Positions 29,020 through 38,202 of a DNA stretch of 64,000 nucleotides are shown here, piece by piece (within the stretch, counting starts at the first letter, position 1; every line of letters starts with the position of its first letter). The position numbers and the translations under genes are program-made. The notes beneath the pieces were generated by a model. It saw only the letters and a list, made by a program, of their open reading frames with translations, ran no database searches and was not told the origin of the DNA. This DNA is from an uncultured Candidatus Rokubacteria bacterium (lineage in GTDB: Bacteria > Methylomirabilota > Methylomirabilia > Rokubacteriales > DASRDR01): assembly GCA_963805625.1 (NCBI GenBank), contig CAWDVE010000010.1, forward strand, positions 672,001 to 736,000, in the 5' to 3' direction.

Positions 29020-29820
29020 TCAGCGGGGCGGCGCGATCGTCGCCGCCGTCGCCGAGAGCGTCACGCTGACCGCGCTCTCTCGGGGCGCGCCGCCGCCAGC
29101 CTCGGGCACCTGCTTCACGATGTAGCCGTCGCGCGGGCCGGCGACGGGCCCGAGGCGGAGGCCCGCCGTCTCGAGATCGCGCACCGCCGCGTCCAGGCGC
29201 GCCCCGATCAGATTCGGCACGATGGCATCGCCGCGCCGCGTACTGTCCGGCGTGGTCTCGACGCTCCCCCGGCCAGCCGGGGCGCCCGAGGCGCTCCGCG
29301 CGCCGCGCACGGCGCCGCCGCCCTCGGACGTGGCCAGCCGCGCCTCGGCCAGGATCGCCCGGAGCCGCTCGGCCTCGGCCCGAGTCCGCGCGGCCATGAC
29401 GGCCGCCTCGTGGGCGGCGAGGAGCGCGTGCTGCTCGAGGGTGTCGCGGCGCACGAGATCGGGCGCGGGAACCACCGGAAGCTTCGCGACGTCGGCCAGA
29501 AGCCTCAGCGCGTCCGTCGAGCTCGCCTGGGCGAGACGTCGGTACCCTCCGAGGGCCTGGTGTGCTGCATCCCCTTCGTCCAGGAAGGGCTTGAGGGCCG
29601 GTGACGCCACCTCGCGCTCCGGGGCAAGGGCCTTGATGAGGGCGACGGTCTTCTCCCCCTCCTCGAGCGCGGCGGCGGCGCCATCATCCGCATTGCGCGC
29701 CGTCTCGTAGGCGCGCCGGCCGGTTTCGGTGAGAGGCGCCGCCAGGACCCAGGTCGCGCCCAGCACGAGCGCCATCCCGGCCAGGAGGAGGCTGGGATGG
29801 CGACCCGCGCGATTCCTCAC
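29020..29820 (-). CDS. Secreted protein with helical region and C-terminal PASTA domain
   Basis: Signal peptide; VPNLIGARLDAAVRDLETAGL...IVKQVPEAG. Confidence 0.7.
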   Translation of the reverse strand: MRNRAGRHPSLLLAGMALVLGATWVLAAPLTETGRRAYETARNADDGAAAALEEGEKTVALIKALAPEREVASPALKPFLDEGDAAHQALGGYRRLAQASSTDALRLLADVAKLPVVPAPDLVRRDTLEQHALLAAHEAAVMAARTRAEAERLRAILAEARLATSEGGGAVRGARSASGAPAGRGSVETTPDSTRRGDAIVPNLIGARLDAAVRDLETAGLRLGPVAGPRDGYIVKQVPEAGGGAPRESAVSVTLSATAATIAPPR

Positions 29821-29863
29821 CGCGTCGTTTCCGCCGCCCGGCGTCCGAGTCGTGCGGGCCGCG

Positions 29864-31879
29864 TCACTCCAGTGCCTCGGCCACTAGCTCGGCGATGTCC
29901 TTCACCTGCAGCTTGTCCTCGGCGCCCTTGACCTTACGACCGAGGTCGACCATGGCAAGGCAGAAGGGACAGGCGGTCCCGACGGTCCCGGCCTTCGTCT
30001 CGAGGAGCTCCGCGACGCGGATCTCGTTCACGCGCTCCTTGCCCCGGATTTCCATCCACATGTGGCCACCCCCGCCGCCGCAGCAGAGCCCCTTGCTCCG
30101 GCTGCGCGGCGGATCGATCACCTCGAGACCCGGGATCGCGCGGAGGCTCGCCCGCGGCGAGTCGTAGATGTCGTTGTAGCGGCCGATGTAGCAGGAGTCG
30201 TGATAGGCGAGGAGCTCCTCACGCGGCCGGGTGAGCCGGAGCCGGCCCTCGCGCACCAGCTGGGCGATCAGGACCGAATGGTGGACCACCTCGAACTCGC
30301 CGCCGAACTGGCGATACTCGTTCCCGATCGTGTTGAAGCAGTGGGGGCACGCGGCCAGCACCTTCCGGAACCGGTAACGCTTGAGGTTCTCGACATTCTC
30401 GTTGGCGAGCGTCTGGTAGAGGTACTCCTCGCCGAGCCGCCGGGCGGCGTCGCCGCTGCAGCGTTCCCCAGGCATGACCGCGAACGAGACGCCCGCCGCC
30501 CGGAGCACCTTCACGACCGCCCGGGCGATGCTCTGGTTCCGGCGATCGTAGGACGCGGAGCACCCCACCCAGTAGAGATACTCGACCTCCTGGCCCTCCT
30601 GGATGCGCGGCACGTCGAGCCCCTCCGCCCACGCGAGACGGTCCTCGGCCGCGAGGCCCCACGGGTTCCCGGCGCGCTGCATGTTCTGTAGACTCATGCC
30701 CGCCGTCCCCGGGAGCGCCCCCTCGGAGAGCGCGAGGTACCGCCGGAGGTCGACGATCGTGTCCACGATGTCGATGAACGCTGGGCACGCCTCCACGCAC
30801 GCCATGCAGGTCGTGCACGCCCAGAGCTCCTGAGCGGAGATCGTCTCCCCGTGGATGGCGCGCCCGTTCCCCTCGTGCATGAGCCCGCGCAGCTTCAGGA
30901 TTACCTGCTTCGGCGAGAGCGGGGTCCCCGCGAGGTACGCCGGGCAGACGTCCTGGCAGCGGCCGCACAGGGTGCACGCGTCGAAGTCGAGGCGCCGCTT
31001 CCAGGAGAACTCCTCGAGCTTCGAGACGCCGAGCGTCTCCGCCTCCTCGATGTTCAGAATCGGCTTGAGGGCGCCCGGCGGGGTGAGCTTCACCAGGAAC
31101 GTGTTCAGCGGCGTCGTGATCAGGTGGACGAAGTAGGAGTGCGGGATCAGCGCGATGAACCCGAAGGAGATCGTGAAGTGGAACAGCCAGGTCCCGAGGT
31201 GGAGGCCGCGGAGCGCGCCCTCCCCCATCCCGGCGGCGAGGAACGCCTGCCCCAGTGCCCAGCCGACCGGCGACCACGGTGCCCACCACGGCTTCACCAC
31301 CGCGAGCCGGCACGCCTCCAGCACGAACCCCGTCACGTTGATGGCGAAGAGCAGGGCGAGGATCCAGGCGAAGTGAGGCGTCGAGTCGATCCGGGTCGGG
31401 CGCACGACGAACCGCCGGTAGAGCGCGAGCCCCAGCCCCACCACGAAGAAGAGCCCGAACAGGTCGAGTGACACCTCGTAGAAGAGGTAGAACGGCCCCT
31501 GGAGGAGCTTGAAGTCCAGCCCCAGCGGGAGCCTGAGCGTCACGTCGTAGTCGATCGTGGCGAGGATGGTTCCCAGGAACAGGGCGCAGAACCCCCAGAA
31601 CATGAGGGCGTGCATCACCCCGGGGTACCGCTGCGTGAGGATCCGGCCCTGGAGGAGCCCGTGGCGGACGAGGAACCGGATCCGCTCCGGGATGCGGTCC
31701 AGGCGCGCCTCGGGCTTTCCTTCCCGCCACAGCGCGATGCGCTGCCACATGCCGAGCGCGAACACGCCGATCGCGACGAACGACAGCGCGTAGAGGAGGA
31801 ACTGCGCCCAGGGGGGGACGTTCCAGAACGTGTCGCGGAACGGAACGTCGGAGAGGGACGCCATCGCGGTGGGGTTCAC
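29864..31879 (-). CDS. Membrane Fe-S oxidoreductase, FadF/heterodisulfide-reductase-like
   Basis: NarI-like TM region, CTLCGRCQDVCP and CTTCMACVEACP, CCG domains (YHDSC, CCGGGGG, TACPFC). Confidence 0.9.
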   Translation of the reverse strand: MNPTAMASLSDVPFRDTFWNVPPWAQFLLYALSFVAIGVFALGMWQRIALWREGKPEARLDRIPERIRFLVRHGLLQGRILTQRYPGVMHALMFWGFCALFLGTILATIDYDVTLRLPLGLDFKLLQGPFYLFYEVSLDLFGLFFVVGLGLALYRRFVVRPTRIDSTPHFAWILALLFAINVTGFVLEACRLAVVKPWWAPWSPVGWALGQAFLAAGMGEGALRGLHLGTWLFHFTISFGFIALIPHSYFVHLITTPLNTFLVKLTPPGALKPILNIEEAETLGVSKLEEFSWKRRLDFDACTLCGRCQDVCPAYLAGTPLSPKQVILKLRGLMHEGNGRAIHGETISAQELWACTTCMACVEACPAFIDIVDTIVDLRRYLALSEGALPGTAGMSLQNMQRAGNPWGLAAEDRLAWAEGLDVPRIQEGQEVEYLYWVGCSASYDRRNQSIARAVVKVLRAAGVSFAVMPGERCSGDAARRLGEEYLYQTLANENVENLKRYRFRKVLAACPHCFNTIGNEYRQFGGEFEVVHHSVLIAQLVREGRLRLTRPREELLAYHDSCYIGRYNDIYDSPRASLRAIPGLEVIDPPRSRSKGLCCGGGGGHMWMEIRGKERVNEIRVAELLETKAGTVGTACPFCLAMVDLGRKVKGAEDKLQVKDIAELVAEALE

Positions 31880-31939
31880 GCTCGGAGATTACAGCACGCC
31901 GTCTCGACGAGGGTCAAGGCGCGCGGCACTCCCCGCGGC

Positions 31940-32935
31940 TCAGGGGGCTGGAGTCGGACCGAGTCGCAGGCGCGCCGCGATCGTGCGAATGGCCGTGTAG
32001 GGGTCGACCCGGCCCGCCTCGACGTCGACCAGGACCCGCTCGAGTGCCCCGCCGTCCGCGAGCGCCCTGTCCACCTCCTGGCGCAGCTCGGCCAGGATGA
32101 GGGCACGCAGCTCCCGCGCGCGGCGCGCCTGTCGCCGGTGCTCGAGGACGCCGCTCGATTCGAGCACCGCGCGGTGGCGCCCGATCGCCTCCAGGAGCTC
32201 GACGACGCCCACGTCGTGAATGGCCTCCGTCGAGAGGATCGGCACCTCCCAGTCGAGGTCCCGCGAAGCCTGCTGGCCTTCCCGGTGCACGTGGACCATG
32301 TACTTGAGCTCGGTGAGGAGCCGCGGCGCGCCTTCCCGGTCGGCCTTGTTGACGACGAGGAGGTCCGCCGCTTCGAGCAGGCCCGCCTTCATGGTCTGGA
32401 TGCCGTCACCGGATTCGGGCACGAGCACCACGACCGTCGTGTCCGCCAGCCTGACGATGTCGAGCTCGGTCTGGCCGACTCCCACGGTCTCGACGAGGAC
32501 CCAGTCGAAGCCGGCGGCGTCGAGGAGCTTCTGCGTCTCGGCGGTGGCGCGGGCGAGGCCCCCGAGGCTGCCCCGCGTGGCCATGCTCCGGATGAACACG
32601 CCCGAGTCGAGCGTGTGGGCCTGCATCCTGATCCGGTCCCCGAGGACTGCGCCGCCGGTGAACGGGCTCGTCGGGTCGACCGCGATGACGCTGACCGTGG
32701 CGCCGCTCTTCCGGATCGCCGCCGTCAGCCGGTCGACCAGCGTGCTCTTCCCCGCTCCCGGAGGCCCGGTGATGCCCACCGTGTAGGCGCGGCCCGTCCG
32801 CGGGTGCGCCCGCCGCATGATCTCCGGCACATCCGGCTCGCGGTTCTCGACGCGCGTGATGAGCCGGGCGAGCGCCCGGCGGTCCCCCGCGAGCATCCGG
32901 TCGACGAGGAGATCCGCCCGGGTCTCGCCTGTCAC
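31940..32935 (-). CDS. meaB: Methylmalonyl-CoA mutase-associated GTPase
   Basis: GITGPPGAGKST, VDPTSPFTGGAVLGDRIRM, ETVGVGQ, NKAD. Confidence 0.92.
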   Translation of the reverse strand: MTGETRADLLVDRMLAGDRRALARLITRVENREPDVPEIMRRAHPRTGRAYTVGITGPPGAGKSTLVDRLTAAIRKSGATVSVIAVDPTSPFTGGAVLGDRIRMQAHTLDSGVFIRSMATRGSLGGLARATAETQKLLDAAGFDWVLVETVGVGQTELDIVRLADTTVVVLVPESGDGIQTMKAGLLEAADLLVVNKADREGAPRLLTELKYMVHVHREGQQASRDLDWEVPILSTEAIHDVGVVELLEAIGRHRAVLESSGVLEHRRQARRARELRALILAELRQEVDRALADGGALERVLVDVEAGRVDPYTAIRTIAARLRLGPTPAP

Positions 32936-34119
32936 GCGACCACACCATCCCGCCGGAACGCCGTGATCGTCACCCCGTCGTACCCGAGACCGTGGAGCAG
33001 CTCGTCGGTGTGCTCGCCCAGCTCCGGGGGAGGCGTGACCACGCGCGCGGGCGTTCCGGACATCTGGACCGGGAAGGCGACCTGGCGGACCGGGCCGAGC
33101 TTCGGATGCGCCACCTCCGTGAAGAGGCCGCGGTGGGCCAGCTGGGGGTCCCGGAGGACCTCGTCGAGCGCGAGCACCGGACCCGCGCAGACGTCGGCCT
33201 GATGCAGAAGCTCGACCCACTCGGCACGGGTCCGGGTCCGGAACAGCTCGCGAAGCTCCGCGTCGACCCGATCGCGGTCCGCGCCCTCGACGTGGTGGAG
33301 CGGGCGAAGATCCTCCCGCCCAGCCAGCCGGCAGAAGTTCGCCCAGAATTGAGGCTCGAGCGCCCCCAGCGTCACGTGGCCGCCGTCCGCGGCCTCGTAC
33401 ACGCCGTAGCAAGGCCACCCGCCGTTCAGCCGCTCGCGGGCGCGCTCCGGCACCCGCCCCGTGGCGAAGTAGGCCGCCAGGTGCGGGATCAGCCAGGAGA
33501 CGACGCCGTCCGTCATCGAGACGTCGATGAACTGCCCCTGACCGGACTCATGCCGGTAGTGAAGCGCCGCGCCGATCGCGAACGCCGCCATCAGGGCCCC
33601 GCCTCCGAGGTCGGCGACCTGGACCCCCGGCGTGAGTGATGACCCGTCCCTCGGTCCGCTCACCGACAGGGCGCCCGCGTAGCCCATGTAGTTCACGTCG
33701 TGGCCCACTAGGTTCCGGTACGGGCCATCCTGGCCGTAGCCGGAGATCGCGCAGTAGACCAGCCTCGGGTTCTCCGCCCGGAGCGTCTCCCAGCCAAGCC
33801 CGAGACGGTCCATGACACCCGGCCGGAAGCTCTCGAGGAGGACATCGGCCGTCCCGACGAGCCGGCGGAAGACCGCCTTGCCCGCCTCGGCCTTGAGGTC
33901 GATCGAGATGCTCTTTTTGTTCCGGTTGAGGAGGAGGAAGGTCGCGCCGACATCGGACTCGCCCCAGAAGGGCCGCGTCCGCCGAGCGTAGTCCCCGCGG
34001 CCTGGCTCCTCGACCTTGATCACCTCGGCGCCGAGATCCGCGAAGAGGAGCGAGCAGTACGGACCGGGCAAGAGACGCGAGAGGTCGAGGAACCGGAGGC
34101 CCGCGAACGCGCCCGCCAT
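32932..34119 (-). CDS. CaiB/BaiF class III CoA-transferase (AMACR-like)
   Basis: DLSRLLPGP, NRNKKS, ESFRPGV, GHDVNY, PPPELGEHT. Confidence 0.92.
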   Translation of the reverse strand: MAGAFAGLRFLDLSRLLPGPYCSLLFADLGAEVIKVEEPGRGDYARRTRPFWGESDVGATFLLLNRNKKSISIDLKAEAGKAVFRRLVGTADVLLESFRPGVMDRLGLGWETLRAENPRLVYCAISGYGQDGPYRNLVGHDVNYMGYAGALSVSGPRDGSSLTPGVQVADLGGGALMAAFAIGAALHYRHESGQGQFIDVSMTDGVVSWLIPHLAAYFATGRVPERARERLNGGWPCYGVYEAADGGHVTLGALEPQFWANFCRLAGREDLRPLHHVEGADRDRVDAELRELFRTRTRAEWVELLHQADVCAGPVLALDEVLRDPQLAHRGLFTEVAHPKLGPVRQVAFPVQMSGTPARVVTPPPELGEHTDELLHGLGYDGVTITAFRRDGVVA

Positions 34120-34159
34120 GAGGGTGATTATAGGGTCAGGCTTTGACTTTCCGACAACT

Positions 34160-34325
34160 CGGCCCGGCGTCCGCGAGACACGCGCATCTCGTGCCGAACC
34201 CGAAAGCTGGAGGTGGCTCGTACACAGGTGAAGGCCCGGTTCCGAGGATCGCGGCCCTCAGGACTCCGGCAGGTTGAACTGTGTAGAAGCGGGGGCCCTG
34301 GTGGTTACGATCGCCGGGGTGCCGG
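34160..34325 (-). ncRNA. Putative 6S RNA-like rod-shaped ncRNA
   Basis: Closing stem CCCGGCG/CGCCGGG, inner stems TACACAG/CTGTGTA and CCGG..GAGG/CCTC..CCGG, central bubble with CCACCT...GGGTTC on the 3' side. Confidence 0.5.
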
Positions 34326-34363
34326 ACCAGCGCCCCGGCGATCGCGGGAAGGCGCTGAAGCGT

Positions 34364-34834
34364 CTAGTTGATCGGCTTCCGGAATGTCGTGTGGCAGGTG
34401 GCGCACGTCGTGCGGCCGAAGTCCTTCATCAAGGCCTCGACCTTCGGCTGATCCTTGGCCCGGGCGGCGTCGCGAATTTCCTCGGCCTTCGCTTGCAGGG
34501 TCTTGGCCACTTCCTCGAACTCGGACCGCTTCTCCCAGATCTCGGGCTTGGCGTTCGACTTGTCCGTCATGGAGCCCTGCGGAAAGAGCGACGGGATGTG
34601 CTGGGCGTTGATCGCGATCGTTTCGGCGTTGACGGCGATCGCCTCGATCTGCCCGGCCTTGAGCTTGTCGTTCATGTCCCGGGCGCTGGCACCGTTCAGC
34701 TTCATCAGCCGCTGGCGATCGGCGACCAAGTCGCCGGAACCAACCTTCATCTGAGCCTGGCTGACCGCGCTCCCGGCGAGCAGAACGGCCAGACCCCCGA
34801 CCACGATACTGACACGAGCGGCAACGCGCTTCAT
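34364..34834 (-). CDS. Cytochrome c' / c556 (class II)
   Basis: Signal peptide, RQRLMK, LFPQGS, AKPEIW, C-terminal CATCH. Confidence 0.9.
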   Translation of the reverse strand: MKRVAARVSIVVGGLAVLLAGSAVSQAQMKVGSGDLVADRQRLMKLNGASARDMNDKLKAGQIEAIAVNAETIAINAQHIPSLFPQGSMTDKSNAKPEIWEKRSEFEEVAKTLQAKAEEIRDAARAKDQPKVEALMKDFGRTTCATCHTTFRKPIN

Positions 34835-34887
34835 TGGGCCTCCTTCGCGGGACACACTCGGTCCCGGCCGCGTGTGAGGTGCACTCG

Positions 34888-35820
34888 TCATTGCGGGACG
34901 ATCTTGTTGCGCACGGCGGGGATGGTCTTCAGATACCGGGCGATCGCGAGCCGGTCCGGTTTCGTGAGGTGCTTGTAGCCAGCGGCCGTGCCGTCGATCA
35001 TCTCTGCCATCAGCCCTCCGGCGACGTCGCCGTCGGGCTTGTTCCCGGTCTCGAGGAAGTCCGCGATCTCATCCTCGGACCAGGTGAGCCCTGTGTCCTT
35101 GTCCGGGGTGATGTTGGGAACGGGATCGCCTTCCGGGCCCTTTTGACTCCCGCCCAGGAATCGCGAGTTATCCGTGGCGTGCGTCGCCCCGCGCGGCGTG
35201 TGGCACTCGCCACAGTGGCCCACCGCCCGCACGAGGTACTCGCCGCGCGCCAACCCCGAGGTCGGCGCTCTTGGCGGCGGTGCCTCCCGGGGCGCGAAGG
35301 CCGCGAGCCAGGTCGGCAGGAACACGCTCTCGAACAGCGGCACGGTGATCTTCTTCGGGGTGTTCACGCGGTTGACCGGGGGGAGGCTCCGGAGGAACGC
35401 GACCAGGGCGCGCAGGTCCTCCTCGGCCATCCCGTTGAACACGGTGTAGGGATGGACCGGGACCAACCGCTCGCCGTTCGGCCGGCGGCCGAGCCGGATG
35501 GCCGTGATGATCTGGTCGTTCGTCCAGCCCCCGATCCCCGTTTGCCGGTCGGGCGTGATGTTCGAGGAGTACACGGTGCCGAACGGCCCGTCGTACTTCC
35601 GGCCGCCGCTGTTCAGGGGCCGGTCCTTCTCGGTGTGGCAGCCACAGCCGCCCGCCGCCCCGAACACGTACTTCCCGCGGGCCACGGGGTCGGAGGCGGG
35701 TGGGCCCTGCGCCGAGGCCGGCGAACACGCCAGCACACCCAGCAGAAGCGAGAGGAGCGAGGTCGACACCAGGCCCAGTTGCCACCGTACGTATCCCCGA
35801 GGGGTCATGACCCTATCCAC
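34888..35820 (-). CDS. Diheme cytochrome c (gluconate/alcohol dehydrogenase cytochrome subunit-like)
   Basis: RGKY..GGCGCHT, SNITPD..TGIG.W, RGEYLV..GHCGECHTPR, PNITP. Confidence 0.88.
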   Translation of the reverse strand: MDRVMTPRGYVRWQLGLVSTSLLSLLLGVLACSPASAQGPPASDPVARGKYVFGAAGGCGCHTEKDRPLNSGGRKYDGPFGTVYSSNITPDRQTGIGGWTNDQIITAIRLGRRPNGERLVPVHPYTVFNGMAEEDLRALVAFLRSLPPVNRVNTPKKITVPLFESVFLPTWLAAFAPREAPPPRAPTSGLARGEYLVRAVGHCGECHTPRGATHATDNSRFLGGSQKGPEGDPVPNITPDKDTGLTWSEDEIADFLETGNKPDGDVAGGLMAEMIDGTAAGYKHLTKPDRLAIARYLKTIPAVRNKIVPQ

Positions 35821-35829
35821 TAGAACGCG

Positions 35830-36381
35830 TCAACCGGTGGACGGGTTCCAGTGACTCGATGCGTCCGCCTGGGTCTCGGCCGCGAACAGCCCCTCGTCGA
35901 GGCGAGCCTCCAGGAGCAGCGCATCCTCGCCCGTATCGATGTAGTATCCCCGGCGCCTGCCCACCTCCTGGAATCCCAGGCTCCGGTAGAGCCGACGCGC
36001 CTGGACGTTACCCGGGCGCACCTCCAGGAACGCGCGGCGGGCACCGCTCGCGCGATGGTGCACGAGCAGGGTGCCGAGCAGGAGCCGGCCAATTCCTTCA
36101 CCGCGCCACGCCGGGTCGACGGCGAGGTTCGTCACGTGGACCTCGTCGGCAACCGCCCACAAGCAGAGGTAGCCCACCACCGGAGCCGGCTCACCCGACT
36201 CCCCGGTTCGCCCGCCACGGGCCACCCAGAGGCCTGCGACCCGGTTCCGCTCCAGCTCGTGGAGGAACGCGTGCCGGGACCACGGCGTGTGGAAGGACGC
36301 GCGCTCGATCTCGAGCACCGCCTCGAGATCGGCGGTCCGCATCGGCTCAATCCGGACGTCCGGCACTCTGTCGTCGCGCAC
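35830..36381 (-). CDS. rimI: Ribosomal protein S18-alanine N-acetyltransferase
   Basis: IERASF.TPWS, EVHVTNLAV, LEVRPGN, GRRRGYY..GEDA; downstream of tsaB. Confidence 0.9.
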   Translation of the reverse strand: MRDDRVPDVRIEPMRTADLEAVLEIERASFHTPWSRHAFLHELERNRVAGLWVARGGRTGESGEPAPVVGYLCLWAVADEVHVTNLAVDPAWRGEGIGRLLLGTLLVHHRASGARRAFLEVRPGNVQARRLYRSLGFQEVGRRRGYYIDTGEDALLLEARLDEGLFAAETQADASSHWNPSTG

Positions 36382-37066
36382 GCGTGAGCTCCGCCTCCGA
36401 GGGGCGCAAGTACAGGGGTACGAGGCTCGCCGCGTCCACAGTCTCGCCGCGGTCAAGCGCCCGGCCGGCGAGCTCTCCGACCGTGACGGCCGAGGGCCCC
36501 CGGAGGTCGGCCGGCGCCAGACAGGCGCGTGTCCCGAGAATCTTGCCGAGGACCGCCGCGAAGGGCCCGACCCCGTCGCCCACGAAGACGACAGGACCAT
36601 CCGTCGTGGCCCGGAGCTCCTCCGCCAGAGTCGCGGGGGCCACGGCACGCGGGGCCTCCAGGAGCTCGAGCCGCCCGTCGCGCGTCCGGTAGAGCGCCGC
36701 GTACACTTCGTTCTTCCTCGCATCGAGGACGGGACACACGGGGTAGGCGCAGTACGGCAGCCGCCAGGCCAGCGCGTCGAGTGTCCCGACGCCGACTGCC
36801 GGCTTGCCGGTGGCGAACGCAAGGCCCTTGACCGTGCTGAGCCCGATCCGGAGGCCGGTGAACGACCCAGGACCCCGCGCGACGGCGAAAGCGTCGACGT
36901 CGGCGAGCTCCCACCGGGCCGCTCGGAGCACGCCGTCGATCGCCGCCATCAAGCGCTCCCCATGCGTGACCGCCACGCTCACCCGGAACTCGGCCACGAC
37001 ACCTCCTGCCTCGAGGAGCGCGACCGCGCCCGTCAACGTCGACGTCTCGACCGCGAGGAGTCGCAT
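36347..37066 (-). CDS. tsaB: tRNA threonylcarbamoyladenosine biosynthesis protein
   Basis: LAVETST, GPGSFTGLRIG, DARKNEVY, PLYLR. Confidence 0.95.
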   Translation of the reverse strand: MRLLAVETSTLTGAVALLEAGGVVAEFRVSVAVTHGERLMAAIDGVLRAARWELADVDAFAVARGPGSFTGLRIGLSTVKGLAFATGKPAVGVGTLDALAWRLPYCAYPVCPVLDARKNEVYAALYRTRDGRLELLEAPRAVAPATLAEELRATTDGPVVFVGDGVGPFAAVLGKILGTRACLAPADLRGPSAVTVGELAGRALDRGETVDAASLVPLYLRPSEAELTRARRQSAGRPD

Positions 37067-37194
37067 CACGCCAGTCTAGCGACCCCTTGGAACGAGCGTC
37101 AAGGAACGACCCGCAACCCCACGTCCCAGTTGACACGCCGACCCTCGCGGGCCAGGATAGTCGGGCCACCACAGTCGCGATCACCGGCGGGGAG

Positions 37195-37407
37195 ATGCTG
37201 CGGCGCCCGAGCGGAGCGGTCCGGTTCTGCAACAACCCCGCGTGCGAACGTTGTGACCAGCATCTCCGCCCGGGGGAGATCCTCCGGAAGGACGGGTGCG
37301 AGGTATGCCCCGCATGCCACGAGGAACTGGTGACCCAGGAACCCCGGCCCCGTCCCGCGGTGCGGGCGATCCGCGCCGCCCGCCCGAGCGGGCGACCCCG
37401 GCCCTGA
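37195..37407 (+). CDS. Small Cys-rich (Zn-ribbon-like) protein
   Basis: TTGACA at 37130, GGGGAG RBS; CNNPACERC...CEVCPACH. Confidence 0.6.
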   Translation: MLRRPSGAVRFCNNPACERCDQHLRPGEILRKDGCEVCPACHEELVTQEPRPRPAVRAIRAARPSGRPRP

Positions 37408-38141
37408 CGGACCGTCGAAGCCTGCCCCCTCGCTCCCGCCCCACAGCATCGCCGGGAGGGGCCGCCGCGGGCGTCGCCGGGCCCGATTCCGGCGCGCGGG
37501 AGAAGATCCACCTCGAGATCCTCCGGCGGACCGGTGCCTACCGGACGGGCGATCACTTCCTCCTGCCCTCGGGCCACCACGCCCCGGAGTTCATCGACAA
37601 GGCGCTGGTCACCACCGAACCGTCGTTCACCGAGGGCCTGGGCGACGTCATCGCGACGCACTTCGCCCCCTGGCCGGCGGACGTCGTGCTCTCAACGGGG
37701 CCGGGCGCTCTGATCCTCGCCCACTGCGTGGCCCGGGTCCTGCCGTCCCGACCCATCCTCGTCTACGCGACCAAGGGATTCACCGGGCAAGGGCGGCGGG
37801 TACGGCTGCCCGACGAGTTCACGCGCTTCGTCCGCAAGGGCAGCAAGGTCCTCATCGTGGAGGACCTCATCACGACGGGCGAGACGATCCGCCTCCTGAT
37901 CCAGATGGTCGAGCAGGCGGGAGGCACGGTTGTCGGCATCGGGTGCCTCTGGCAGCGTGCGACGAAGGTCGACCTGGGGAAGGACGTCTTCAGCCTGGTC
38001 AAGCGGGACTTCCCCACCTACGAGCCGGGAAGCTGCCCGCTGTGCGCGCGGAGCCTGGCGCTCAACGTCGAGTTCGCGCGCGCCGAGCCCCCGACCGAGG
38101 AGCCGCTCGAGCCGCCGCGCCCGCGGCGGCGCTCGTCCTAG
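37404..38141 (+). CDS. pyrE: Orotate phosphoribosyltransferase-like protein
   Basis: HFLLPSG.H, PRPP loop VLIVEDLITTG, C-terminal CPLC. Start uncertain. Confidence 0.7.
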   Translation: MTDRRSLPPRSRPTASPGGAAAGVAGPDSGAREKIHLEILRRTGAYRTGDHFLLPSGHHAPEFIDKALVTTEPSFTEGLGDVIATHFAPWPADVVLSTGPGALILAHCVARVLPSRPILVYATKGFTGQGRRVRLPDEFTRFVRKGSKVLIVEDLITTGETIRLLIQMVEQAGGTVVGIGCLWQRATKVDLGKDVFSLVKRDFPTYEPGSCPLCARSLALNVEFARAEPPTEEPLEPPRPRRRSS

Positions 38142-38202
38142 ACCCGGAGCCGGCTCGCGGCCGCCGGGGCGACCCCGCGGGGGCGCCGCTGGGCGCGGTA
38201 CG

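Noticed and set aside
34160-34325. SRP RNA, tRNA or riboswitch interpretation of the structured intergenic region
   Set aside because: No CAGG...GGAA...AGCAG SRP domain IV, no cloverleaf or T-loop, and no riboswitch consensus recognised.
37306-37320. CPACH as a c-type heme motif
   Set aside because: The protein has no export signal and has additional Cys pairs; a Zn ribbon is more likely.
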